This document shows positions 24,613 to 36,700 of a stretch of 64,000 bases of DNA, in pieces (positions within the stretch are counted from its first letter, which is position 1; every line of letters begins with the position of its first letter). The stretch is from contig QPMI01000141.1 in assembly GCA_004431415.1 (NCBI GenBank), positions 62,001 through 126,000 of the forward strand. Direction: 5' to 3'. Under the pieces are notes generated by a model. The model made no database searches and was not told the origin of the DNA. It was given only the letters and a program-made list of their open reading frames with translations. Source of the DNA: Cyanophora paradoxa CCMP329 (lineage: Eukaryota; Plantae; Glaucophyta). The translations under genes were made by a program, and so were the position numbers.

Positions 24613-25016
24613 CCCCCGCCGCCGCCTCAGACCCTCCCCGCGGCCGCTCCCTCCCCGCATCGCCCCCCGCCCCCGCCCGGTCCTCTCGGACGAGCGCCCG
24701 CATCCGGCTCCGCATGTCACGGCACTTTTTCAGGCCGCGGGCCGACTTTGCCCCTCCCGCGCCCCCCGACCGCAGCCCCGCCCCCTCGCCCCCTCCCCCC
24801 TCTCACGCCCAGGGCGCCGCCCCCTTGGCGGCGCATTTTCAGATCCGTTGCGCTGGGTTCGTGTTTTTATGTAGGAGAAGTCCATCAGTACCTGTGAGAA
24901 GCACCGCGTGGGGGCAGCGGGGAGCGCGGGGGCGGGGCGGGGCGGGGCGGGGCCCGTGTGGCATCCGGATCGGATGGATTCTAGTCTAAAGCCTCGGGCC
25001 TGCAGCTGGCCCAGGC

Positions 25017-27329
25017 TCAATTGCAAGCGTCTTCCTCGGCCCCGGCCTCGGCCCCGGCGAGGTCCTCCTCGGCCTCCTCGAGGCGGGGGCGCACGGCGGC
25101 GAGGGCGCGCCCCGCGGCGCCCTCCAGCACCAGCAGCGACCCCGCGCACTCCCTGCCCCGCGCAGGCGTCGGCGTCAGCCCGGGCCCAGCGGGGGAGGCG
25201 GGGCGAGCCTCCGCCTCGGCCTCACCGGAAGGCGTCGACGCTCTCGCGGAGGAGGGCGGCCGCCTCTGCCCGCCGCCCTCGCGGCGGCCCGCCTGCCGCG
25301 CCTGGCGCCGCAGCTGCGCGCCCAGCGCGTGCAGCAGCGCCGCCGTCTCCGTGTGGTGCTCCGGCAGCACCGCCCGCGCCGTCGCCAGCACCTGAGCGAG
25401 CCTCCCGATCAATGGAGGTGGGGTGGAGGGCGGAGGAAAGGGCGGGTCGGGCGCGCCTGGCGTGTGATCGCGGTGGCGCCGGCGTAGTCGCCGGCGTCGA
25501 GGCAGCGGGCGCGGAGCCAGAAGCGGGCCTCGGAGAAGGCGGCGTGGTTGGGGTGGAGCCGGGCGGCGGCGGGCGAGGCGAGGGCGGCCCGCACGGCGGC
25601 GAGGCCTTCGGCCGTGCAGCCGAGGGCGTGCATGCGGAGGCCCTCATCCACCCCGGCGGCCACCTCGTCCCAGGGCCGGCCCTCCGGCTCGCCGCCCCGC
25701 TGCCCGCACGCCGCGCAGCGCCAGAGGCCCTCCTCCCCCTCCGGGCACGCGTACCCGGCGCAGGCCTCCCGAGAGCACCGTACCCCCGAGAGAAAGCGGC
25801 CGCCCTCGTCCGGGGTACAGCAGCGCGGGCACTCGCACGTGAAGAACTTCGTGGCGCGGAGCCACGCTGCGGGGCTCGAGGCTCAGGCCGGGGACTCGAA
25901 TAAACTCGTACCCCGGGCGGAGGGCGCACCCTGGCGCTCGGCGGTGGGCTTCCAGAGGTCGACATAGTAGAGGCTCAGCTCCTCCCCCGCCTCGACCGCC
26001 CGCACTGTCCGCACCTCGATCGCGCCCTGCCGGGAACTGAAGTCAGGCGGGCGGGGACGGGGGCGGTACCCAATTCCAGGCGCATCGGGTCGGATCGCAC
26101 GCACCCGGGAGGCGAGGAAGTGGCAGTTGGGGAGGCAGCTGTGGGGGAAGATGCCCAGCAGCGGGAAGATCGCCACGCCTGCGAGGCCCTCAGCGCGGGT
26201 GCGCCGCGCCGCCGATCGCTAAAGAGTCGCCAAAGCTATAGCTAAAGAAACTTCTTGAAGAGCTATCGGAAATCAGACTCGCCGGAGATCTCGTTGACGA
26301 GGGCGTCGCCCCGGAAGCCGTACGCGTTCGTCTTGAAGGCGCAGAAGAGGTCCACCACGTCCTGCGCCGAGGCGGCGGCGGCGGCCGGCGGCGGCAGCTT
26401 CCCCAGCAGGCGCCGCGCCGCCCGCGTCCACCGCGCTAGCGTCGCCGGCGGCTGCAGGGACCGGTGTGTCTCCATCGCCAGGATCCTGCCGCCAGGATGA
26501 GGGAGGGTCATCAGGGGGCGTGAGGGGACAGGGCCGCGCACCCTTTTAGGAGGGACTCTCCCCCCTGACCATGGGACGCGATGACCACGCGCGCTGCGAG
26601 CCACAGATACCTTCGCAGTGTGCGCACCTGGTCAGAGCGAGCCGGGGCGGGCGGGGCGGGCGGGGCGCGGGAGGGGAGGCGGCGGGCGCGCTGGTAGTCG
26701 ACGGCCTCGTCTTCGGCGATGTCGAGGAGGAACGGGGGCAGGTCGCACTCCACCGCGTGCACCCCTGCGTCCTCCCGCTTGCACGCCTGCATGCGCCCGG
26801 AGAGCCCGTCGGCCGGCCGGCCCGGCCGCCGAGCGCTAGCGCCGCGCGCGCGGGCGTTGCCGGGCTGTATGCGGAGAGGGGCGCACGAGGGAGCAGTAGG
26901 GGAAGCGGCACTCGTCGCAGGCCTCGGCGAGGGAGGAGACGGCGGGGGCGCAGCAGCGCATGCAGGTCGAGTCCATCCGCCGCGTCTCCGGCACCATCGC
27001 CTGCGCCCGCGCCCGCGTCGCTCGGCGCTGCCAGCGGCGCGCGCGGCTGCGCAGCGCAGCGCACGCCGTTGCGGTCGAGCACGACCAGCTCGCCCGCCTC
27101 GATCCGCTCGCGCGCAACGAAGAGCCGGCCTGCGCCGGCGGCCGCGGCCGCGGCCGCGCAGGGTCAGTCGATCGCGCCGGCGGGGAGCGAGCGGCGGTGC
27201 GGGGCTCGGCGTGTGGAGGCAGCGCGCACCCTTCTTCTCTGTACGCACGAGCTGCGCTTTCGGGGAGAGCGCCTCGGCACTCGTGACCGGCGGGCAACCT
27301 TGATCAAACGCGGCCTCGTTCGGGGGCAT
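25017..27329 (-). CDS. SMYD-type SET/MYND lysine methyltransferase
   Basis: Split SET domain (EKKG..LFVARERIEAGELV), MYND cysteines (CMRC..CDEC..YCS..CK..HAVEC), PHSCLPNC, GEELSLYY and post-SET FTCECPRC; the usual NHSC reads PHSC. Confidence 0.85.
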
Positions 27330-27780
27330 CGCGGCGCTGGATCTGAGCTAAGGGCGTTGATGCTTGACTAACCGCCGGTCGAGATCCCGGACCAGTGGCG
27401 CAGGCCGGCGGCGCGGTACAATTGCAATCTCACTGCGGCGCGCTACCGGCGCTGGTGCGGAGCGCTGCAACCTCTAGCTAGAGCGCTGGGCCTGCATCCA
27501 CTGGGTTGCTGCAGCTGGCCTGTACTGGCCGGCGCCTCCAAGCTCTAGATCTAGCTCGAGGCCTAGGGGGGGTTACTGGTGAATCGCGGAATTTGATCGC
27601 CTTCGAAGTCCGTCGCCAACGACAGCCGGGTATGCACACGCGCGCGTCTTTTGCTGAACTTCTTTCATAAGCCGCCTCCCACTAACATTCTTTCCCCCCA
27701 CGCGCGCGCCCCAGGCCGCTCGAGCCGTTCGCAGTAACTACTGTTAGATTACAGAGTGGACTACACACAAGCACGGGCCC

Positions 27781-29116
27781 TCAGCCAGAGTTGTCCTGCT
27801 GCTCCAGCTGCTTGAGCAGCTCCTGCGCGGCGGCGGGCCGTCAGCGGGCGGGCGGGCGTTAAGGGGCGCGGGCGGGCGGGCGGGGGCGCCTTCTTGCGCT
27901 TCTCGAGGATCTTCTTCTCGATCTCGGACTGGTCGGGGAGCTCCACGTGGGCCTTGAACTCGCTCACGAGGCCCAGCTCCGACGCCTCCGGGTCCTGCCC
28001 GCGCCCTCCCCCGTCAGCTCCCTGCGCGGGGGCGGGCGCGAGCGTGCGCACGAAGTCGGTGTCGTCTTCGACGGCCGCCGCCGCCGCCTCCGCCGCCGCC
28101 GCCGCCAGGCTGCTCCCCTTGTGCTTCTTCGCCGCCTTCTCACGCTCCGCCCGCCACTGCTCGTCCGCCTTCGCCACCGCTGCGCGCCGCTGAGTCGCGG
28201 GGCGGGGGCGGGGGCGGGCAGGCCGGGGGCGGGGCTCCGGGACGCACCGGCCTTCTCCGCCTCCGCCTCCGCCTTCTCGAGCGCGGTCTCGTCGTCGTCG
28301 TGGTACCCGTAGTACTCCGCGTCAACGTTCCGCCACATCTCCATGCGCGTCCGCTTCGCCCGCTCCGCCTCTGCACCGGGGCCCAGTCAGCGCACGCGCG
28401 GGGCCCTCGGCGCGGCGCCAATGCGCACTCTGTGCCTCGAACAGCTCCTTCACGCCCGGCAGGTTTCGCGCGGCGCCGAAGTACCTGCGGGACGGGGCGC
28501 GTCAGCGAGAGCGGGCCTGGGCGGGCCCGGGCAGCGGGGCGCACTTGTAGCCGCCCGCGCTCGAGAGCGCCTGCACGAAGTCGCTGTTTTCGACCGCCTC
28601 CGCATTCGCCATCTTGTTCGCGACCGCCTGCGGGGCCGGGCTCACGCGCGCCCCGCCGACAGAGGCGCCGGCCGCACCTGGTGGTCGGCGCCGCCCAGGT
28701 CTCGGATGCGCTTCTCCCAATGCCACTTCTCGCGCATGAGCTTGTTGATGTGGTCATTGAGGTCGCGCAGGCGGTGCTCCGGCAGGCCAGCTGCGGATGG
28801 CGCGGGCGCGGGTGAGAAAGCGCGGCGGCGGCGACCCGCCTAGGCGCTGGAAACATCTAGCGGATGCATAGGAGCATCCAGGGGACGCGTGCGGGCTGCG
28901 AATGGCGCGGGGCGCAGCAGGCGGCGCACTGTTTTGGATCTCAGCTATCTTCTGCGAGATCTCCTTCACGATCTCTTGCCGCCAGCGCTCCGCCTCGAAA
29001 AGGTTGTCGACTTCGGCAGCAATCTTCGGTCGCTTGCGGACATCGTCGTACTTGTCGAGTTTGGCTTGTATGTACCTGTTGAGCATAGACTGCGCCTTCT
29101 CCTGATTACGCGCCAT
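27781..29116 (-). CDS. ISY1: Pre-mRNA splicing factor ISY1
   Basis: MARNQEKAQSMLNRY, AERWRQEI, RLRDLNDHINKLMREK, YFGAARNLPGVKELF, VDAEYYGY, FKAHVELPDQSEIEKKILEKRKKELL. Confidence 0.96.
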
Positions 29117-29487
29117 CTTGACTGCTTTCTTTCTTGTTTTCGGCGAGCGAGCTGTGCTAGATGAACGTGCCCGGAGGCTGCGAGCGGTGGCTGTGGGGCG
29201 CGTCAGCGATGCGCGGGACCGGCGGCGGCGGGGCGGACGCCATCGCGTCCCTATGCGCCTGTGCGTGCACCGCGAGGAGCGAACCTGTCGCGGGGGGCCG
29301 GGCGGCGCGGCCTGGAGGACGGGGATTGGGTGGAGGGGTAAGGGCGAACTGCTGCTGGGGGGTAGGGAGGCGAACTTCCTGGCGGCTGGCGGCTACAGTC
29401 CAACGATCGTTTCCAGTATGTTACACACGGCTGCCTTGCTTTCTCTAGCTATGATACATGCGTCGGGGCGCGCCGCGGCCAGCGCCG

Positions 29488-30452
29488 CTAGTCTGCGAGC
29501 GTCGCGAGGGCCTTGCCGACGTGCTCGCCGCTCGTGCGGAACTTGCCGTCGTGCCAGGCGACCGTCGCAGCCCGCAACTCGCCGTAGATCTCCTTCCCGT
29601 TCATGAACACTGCGTCCGCTGTGCCGGTGATGCTGCAGGGAGTCAGTTCAAGAACGAAGGCACAAGCGACAGGGGTCGTACAGGTGCGGCGTCCCGCGGA
29701 ATATCGAGATCACTCGCTGGAGCTCCGGGGCGAGGTTGCCGGCCTCCTGCACGTGTGCGTTTTGGTCGGCGAGCCCCGCTCGTGTGTACGCGCTCTCATG
29801 CTGGGCCCCCGCACCTTCAGTGCTTCGGCGAGGGCTCTAAGAGCCTGGGAGAGATGCTCGAGGCCCGCGATCAAGCCCTGCTCCCCGCCTTTGCGGAAAC
29901 AGCCGACCTGCAAACCACGTCAGGATCAGTCTTAGAACCTGAGGAGGTCAGCTGGACGCGAACGGCGAGGGTCAGCTCGGCGTAGACTTCCTGAGCCGCT
30001 ACCAGAGTCCCCTGCAGGTCCGGCAGCTCCGACATCTGCACGCGGGGATTCCGATTTCAATGCGCGAGACCAGGGCCGGGGCAAGGATCTTCGCGGCGCG
30101 GCGCACCGAGAATCCGACGCAGAGGCCCTCAAGGAACTGCCGAACGTGGTCCGCGGATACCTGAAGGCAGGCAGGCGATGAGGAGAGCGAAATTCGCGGA
30201 GGAACACCCACGCGCACAGCGGTGACGACATTCGCCTGGATGACGGCGAATTCGACCTGCCGGCCACATTCAGCGCGCCCTCCCGCGCGTCTCCACGCGC
30301 GCCCGACCTCGGGAGTCATTGCGAACCTGTGTCTCCTCCAAATTCGAGCCCGGCGCCTCGCCGTACGCCCAGCGAGCGTACCGCACGTACGCCTCGCGCA
30401 CTGCTGCGCCGGACGCCGCAGCGCCGAGGAGCGCGATGACGGGCAAGGGCAT
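29488..30452 (-). CDS. Hypothetical multi-exon protein with hydrophobic N-terminus
   Basis: MPLPVIALLGAAASG..., VRQFLEGLCVGF, GLIAGLEHLSQAL, ...WHDGKFRTSGEHVGKALATLAD*. Confidence 0.5.
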
Positions 30453-30590
30453 TGAAGACCGAGAGTGGAGGAGAGTGGGATTCAAGCGCTTCTCGAGCTC
30501 TACAGCATTATTTTCGATTTCCCCCATCATAGCGATTTCCCCCAAACTTCTCGTTATTTGCCCTCAAATTTTAAAGCTCCTCCCGAAGTT

Positions 30591-31144
30591 CGTGCTCGAG
30601 ACTGCATCGTTGCGATTTTGAAGAGTACATGCACGGTTCGGGAAAGCGCAGGATCCGGAGGAGTCGTTGCGGTGATGGATGTACAGGGGTGTACAGGGGC
30701 TGGGTCCGCCCACGGGGCCGGGCTCAGTTGTGGGAGCGGGGCGGGGGCGGGAGGAGGAGGGCGGCGGCGGCGCGGGCGGCCTGCAGGGGCGAGGCGCAGC
30801 GGGCGGCGGCGGCCTGCGCGAGGGCCGCGAGGGCGCCGTCCCGTGCACGGCCTCGACGGCCGCCGGGCCGTCCCCCGGCAGCAGCGGGAGCGAGAGCTCG
30901 TACTTGCAGCGCCGCCGGTAGCTCGAGAGGGTCACCACCGCCCGCCCGCCCGGCACTAGGCGCCAGTCGTAGCCCGCCGCGTCCAGCTCCCGCAGCGGCG
31001 CGAGGGCCGCGTACCCCTCCGCGAGGCGCCCGCCGATCTCGGCGAGGGCGCGGGGGAGCTCGGCGAGGGTGGAGCAGGCGGCGGCGAGGGCGGCGGCGCC
31101 CGAGGCGGCGAGGAGGGCGGGGGCGGCGGCGAGGCGGCGGCGAG
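30591..31144 (-). pseudogene. Duplicated fragment of the KNL1 last exon and 3' UTR (direct copy of 33647-34188)
   Basis: Near-identical ~550-bp sequence encoding ...LAELPRALAEIGGRLAEGY...KYELSLPLLP; no upstream exons; ends at an AT-rich junction near 31145. Confidence 0.9.
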
Positions 31145-31399
31145 GATATACAGAAAAGAAACTTAGACATGAACGTTTTAAATTTGCTATAGACTCACTT
31201 AAGCAAAACTTTACACTACATTGATCGTTGACAGCCGGGAACTCATTTCGAAAGAGAACTGTTTTGATGAGCCAGTTGCAGAGTCCTGACTGCCCGAGCG
31301 CATGTCCCGCTGGTCCAACCGAGGCCAGCGCTGCATGTACACAATGTACATGCGCTCTGCGCGCCCCGTTTGAGCCCCCACGCACTGCGGCAGCACCAA

Positions 31400-33315
31400 C
31401 AGCGAGACGCACGGAAATGGTGAGTGACGAGGCGGCCTTGTACGTGCCAGGAATGGGCTGAACGGCTTGCGATTAATCCCAGCGACCCATCGGGCGGGGA
31501 TTTCAGCGCGCCTTGGGCTTGTACGTGTAGGTGTAGGCCTCTCGGTAGCTGGAGGCGCCCGAGCGGACAGACTCGAAAAGCACGTCGTACGCGTAGTCCT
31601 CCCGCAGGGGAGCCCGCAGGGGCGGCACCGTGACGACCGCCGCCCTCGAGTAGGCCTGCCGCGCCATGGGCCACGGCGGATCGATGCAAGCTCACGATCA
31701 AGGGCCCACCTCGCCGATCTCCGGGGGCAGGACCTCCACAGACGGGCAGGCGACGCTATCCGAGGCGTTCCCGATCGAGGCGCGCAGCGTGACGTCACCG
31801 TGGATGAAGCCGTACCCCCGCACCGTGATCAGGTTCCCTGCAGCACCGGCGGTAAGAAGGGAATAGGGACGGAGAGGAAGGGGGCGGGGGGGGGGGGGGG
31901 GGTAGAGGGGGGACGGGGGAAGAACGGGAAGGGGGAGGGCGGAGAAGGGACAGGAAGGCGAGCATGCGGAGTGAGGTGGGCGGGGGGGGGGGGGGGGGGG
32001 GGGGAATGGAGAGCACCGCCAATGGGAGGACCGATGCCGCGCGGCTCGATCGACTCGAAAGAGAGTTCCGGGTTCAGGTCGTACGGGGGAGATACAGAGC
32101 GCCCGTGGAACGAGGAGACGACAGTGACGTTAACGTGCCGAGCAGGCGCCCCGAAAGGGGCGGCCGGGACGCGCAGGACGACGGTCGAGCGGTCGGCGGA
32201 GACGGAGAGGAGGTCCGCCTGGCGCAGGGGCCGGTCGTGGAAGCTTGAGGAGGCCTCCACCAGGTCGCCGGTCCACGTCAGGATGTCCTCCCCTGTCAAC
32301 GTCACCAGGTTCCCTCCCGGCCGCGCGTCCCCAAGTGAGCGGAGGCGGAGGCGGAGGGGGGAAGGGGGAAGGGGGGGAGGGAGGGGGGGGGAAAGGAGGG
32401 GGGGGGGCAGGAAAAGAGAAGAGGGTTTACCCCCCACGCGGGGCCCGTCCAGCGGGACGATGCCCGTTATGATGCCCTCTGCGCCCGGGGCGTTGGCCAC
32501 TGCAAATCTTCGAAAGCGCCCACGGGAGGTGGGGCACGCACGGCATGGTCTGATGGACACCGTGTAGTTGAATTGCATTCCGCTGCGCGACGGGGGCGGC
32601 GCACTCGGGACGCGGGCGCGGAACCGGGAGGCGGGCCCAGCGCACGTGCCGCAGCGCACCTGTTCGTCTGGTCCGTGTTAAGAACGGCGAAGCGCGTGAG
32701 GCCCGCTAGCGTGTTGGCGCCGCAGCGGCGGAGCTCCGCGCTCGCCGTCGTCTTCGCGGACGACGCGCCCGTGCCCCGCACGGTCGAGTCAACCTGATTC
32801 GTCGGGAAGCTGCGGGTGCGCGTGTGAGTTCGAGCCGAAAGCCTGGGTGGCGCCCGGGGCGCGGCTTCAGATTCACCTGTCGCTGGCCCCCATGACGGAG
32901 TAGATCTCATAGCGATGATACCCCAGCGGGACCGCGTACACGTCCTCGATAGAGAAGGTCGCCACGAAGCCTGCGAACGGAACGGCCGCGGCACTCGGCC
33001 TGGGGCGGGACTTCAGCTGCGGGCGGGCGGGAGGGAACTTTGAAACCTCCAGCGAGCGTGAAGTTGAACTCCTGGCACTCGAGCGCAGCCTTGAAGGTGT
33101 ACAAGACGTATGAGCCGACCGCGAGAGGGATTGCGGCTGGTCGGCTCGCCGAATTGCACAGCGCCCCGTTCACACCGGCAGGCAGCTCGGCCGCTGCCGT
33201 ACGTCAGGCACAAACTGGCCAAAAAAGACCCCAAACTGTGAAGCGCACTTCCGAGCCGAAGGCAGGCAAGCAGCTGCATGGCTAGCAGAACTAAACGGAC
33301 CGAACGGGCCTCCAT
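31400..33315 (-). CDS. Secreted/surface protein with IPT/TIG (Ig-like) domains, probably 3'-truncated
   Basis: Signal peptide MEARSVRLVLLAMQLLACL; IPT starts ITGIVPLDGPRVGGNLVTLTG and FESIEPRGIGPPIGGNLITVRGYGF; 3' end uncertain (stop at 31503 or decay near 31250). Confidence 0.65.
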
Positions 33316-33775
33316 GTCCGTGCACAGACCGCGTCACGCCGTCGCACCCACCGTGGCACGGCGGCCGGTACGGACACGGCCGCGCGCGCCGGAACACGGC
33401 CGTCGGAGCGCCGCGTCACTGCGTCACTACCCGGCGGCTGGCGTGCGAGACGTCGACTCGGTGAACGTCCACGTACGTACGTGTACTGCGGCTGAAGCTG
33501 TGCCAGCTGCAGATCTAGACGTCAACCTCGCCCATTTGTGTGCACCTACCCCCATTACATCGTACCCCACTCGCCCTGGCCACTCGCCCCGGGCCCCGTC
33601 TATATATAGCTACATACGATTCGAATTCGCGGTTCGAGGGCGCTAGCGTGCTCGAGGCTGCTTCGTTACGAGTTTAAAGAGTACACGGTTCGGGAGGGCG
33701 CAGGATCCGGAGGAGTCGTTGCGGTGATGGATGTACAGGGGTGTACAGGGGCTGGGTCCGCCCACGGGGCCGGGC

Positions 33776-36700
33776 TCAGTTGTGGGAGCGGGGCGGGGGC
33801 GGGAGGAGGAGGGCGGCGGCGGCGCGGGCGGCCTGCAGGGGCGAGGCGCAGCGGGCGGCGGCGGCCTGCGCGAGGGCCGCGAGGGCGCCGTCCCCGTGCA
33901 CGGCCTCGACGGCCGCCGGGCCGTCCCCGGCAGCAGCGGGAGCGAGAGCTCGTACTTGCAGCGCCGCCGGTAGCTCGAGAGGGTCACCACCGCCCGCCCG
34001 CCCGGCACTAGGCGCCAGTCGTAGCCCGCCGCGTCCAGCTCCCGCAGCGGCGCGAGGGCCGCGTACCCCTCCGCGAGGCGCCCGCCGATCTCGGCGAGGG
34101 CGCGGGGGAGCTCGGCGAGGGTGGAGCAGGCGGCGGCGAGGGCGGCGGCGCCCGAGGCGGCGAGGAGGGCGGGGGCGGCGGCGGCGAGCAGTGGGGCGTC
34201 CTCGCCGCCCTCGGCGACGGCGGCGCTGAGGGCGGCCTTGCAGGCGCCCGTCGCCGGGTCGCACTCCACCTCCAGGGCGTGCCGGGCGGCGGGGAAGCCG
34301 GGGGGGCGGAACTCGAGGCGGGCCGTCGAGGCGGAGAGGGCCGTCGCGCGCCAGCCCGTCGCAGCCTCCAGCAGTTCCACGCACTCTGCCGGCGACGCGG
34401 GCCGTCAAGGGGGGCGCAGTGGGAGGGGCGGGCGGGCGGGGCCGGCGCACCCCCGAGGGAGTCGACGTCGGCGCCGGAGACGACGCGCGCCCCGCGCAGC
34501 GCCTCCACTTGCTGCGCGCGCCCGAAGCTCAAAGGGCGAAGGCCGAGGGGAGGCGGGGGCGGGGGGCGGGTGCGGACGGGGAGGAGGGCGCGGGCGGCGT
34601 CGCGGGCGGCGTCGCGGGCCGCCTCGGCCTGCGCGAGCTGCGAGCGCAGCACCTCCGACTGCTGCCGCAGCGCCCCGCGCGCGCCTCCGCCTCCTCCGCC
34701 GCCGCCCGCCGCGCCGATGCCTCCCGCCTGCGGCCGGGGCCGGCGTGAGCGGGGCGGGCGACTTGGCGGCGGGTGGGAGGGGACGCACGCGAGGGCGGCG
34801 GCGCGGGCGGCGCGCAGCTCGGAGAGCTCGCGGCGCTGGGCGCGGAGGGCGGCGGCGCGGGCGGCGGCGGCGGCGGCGTCGGCGCGGAGGGCGCGCCGCT
34901 CGGCCTCGTGGGCGTGCCCCAGCGCCGCCTCGCCGGCCCGCAGGGCGTCCAGCCACTCGCCCCGCGCCCGCTGCCGCGCCGCCGCCTTCATCGCCGCCAG
35001 CCGCCGCTGCGCGCCCGAACGACAACGTCAGACGCCGGCCTGGGTTCGAGGCGGGGCGGGGCGGGGCGGGCGGCTCGCCTTGGCGCGCTCGGCGTCGCCG
35101 GAGACGGCCTCGAGGAGGAGCGGGCCGGGGCACCCCCGCCGCCCCGTCACCTCCGCCTCCAGCGCCTCCGCCGCCGCCGCCGCCTCCCGCGCGCACGCCC
35201 CCGCCTTCTCCGCGATCTGGCGCGCCGCGTCAGCCGCGGGCCGGGCGCGACGTCCTACGAGGGGCGCGCGCGCTCGCGCTCGCCTCGCGGTCGACGAGGA
35301 AGAGGGGGCGAGGACGAGGGCGGCCCGGGCGCGCTCGGCGGCGGGGTCGTCGGCGGGGAGCTCCCAGCGGGCCGGGGCCCGCAGCGGGGCCGGGGCGACG
35401 CTGGGGCGGGGCCGGCGGGTCCCCCGCGGGGGTCGCGGAAGAAGGCGGGGAAGCCGACGCAGGCGAGGGCCTCGTCGAGGGGCACGGGGCCGCGCCGCCC
35501 GGCGGGGCCCGCCAGCAGCGCCGCCTCCGCGAGGTGCCGCCGCGCCGCCGTCGAGGGTGCCGGCGCCGGGCCCGGCGCCGGCAGCGGCGAGGCCTCCTCC
35601 GCGGCGCACGTGCGGGCCGCGGCGAGGGCGCCGGTGATCCACGGGCCGAGGGGCGTCGGCGGCTCCGCGGGCGGCTGCGCGAGGGCGCGCAGGAGGGGCG
35701 TGGCGAGGGGCGCGGGACGAAGCCGGCGGGGACGGGGGCGGGGGCGGGAGGGGCGTGGCGAGGGCGGCGGGCGGGGCGGGGAGAGGTCGGCGGCGGCGGC
35801 GGCGGCGGCGACGGAGGAGGCGAGGGTGGCGGAGGGTGTGGCGAAGGCGGGGACGCCCAGGGCCTCGGAGAGGGACGGCGGCACGAGCGGCGAGGCGGCG
35901 CCGGGCGCCGGGCTCGCCTCCTCGGCCGGGGCGGGGGCCGCCGCCGCCTCCGAGCGGCGCGGCGAGCTCCCGGAGTCCTGCGGGGGGGTCGAGGGCCCCG
36001 CCTCCTCTTGGGCCGCCGCGGGGCTCGCCGGGGCCGGGGCCGCCTCCTCGTCTTCGCCGGGGGCGGGGGCCTCGTCGGAGAGGAGGGCCTGGAGGGAGGG
36101 CATGGCGATGGAGGGGCGCGCCCAGGAGGCCCCGAAGGCCACCCCCAGCGTCCCCGTCGCGTCGTCGCCCACCGCCGAGAAGCGGGGCAGCCGGAAGCCG
36201 CCGCCCAGGCCCTGCGCCCCGGCGAGTGAGCGGGGAGGGTTTGGAGGGCGGGGCGGGGCGGGGCGGGGACCTGGAGGGAGTCCTCGTCGGCCTGGAGGCA
36301 GGCGGCGAGGCCGGCGCGGACCATCCCCCGCCGCGTCTCGTCCCCGCCCGCGATGTCGTACACGTCCGACGCCCCCTCCCCCATCTCCTCGTCGCTGTCC
36401 GCCCCCTCCGCCTCGCCCTCGGCCTCGGCGGCCGGCGGCTCCGCGGGGCCCGAGGAGAGGGCCTCGGGCCCCGAGGAGGGGGCCTCGGCCTCCAGGCGCT
36501 GCTCCTCCTCGTCGTCCTCGTCCTCCTCGGCGATGGCGCCCAGCAGCTTCGCCGTGATCCCCAGGCTCGAGCGCCGCGCCGCGAGGCTCGAGCGGCCCGA
36601 GCCGCGCAGCGAGCGCCGCGGGGCCGGCGCGGGGCCGGCGGCCGGGGCGAGGCGCGGGGCGCGGGCCGGCGGCGGCGGGGAAGGAGGGGAGGACGGCGGT

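Noticed and set aside
33885-33935. KNL1 C-terminal frameshift
   Set aside because: The two duplicate copies each lack a different single C in a C run; combining them gives an open frame ending at 33776
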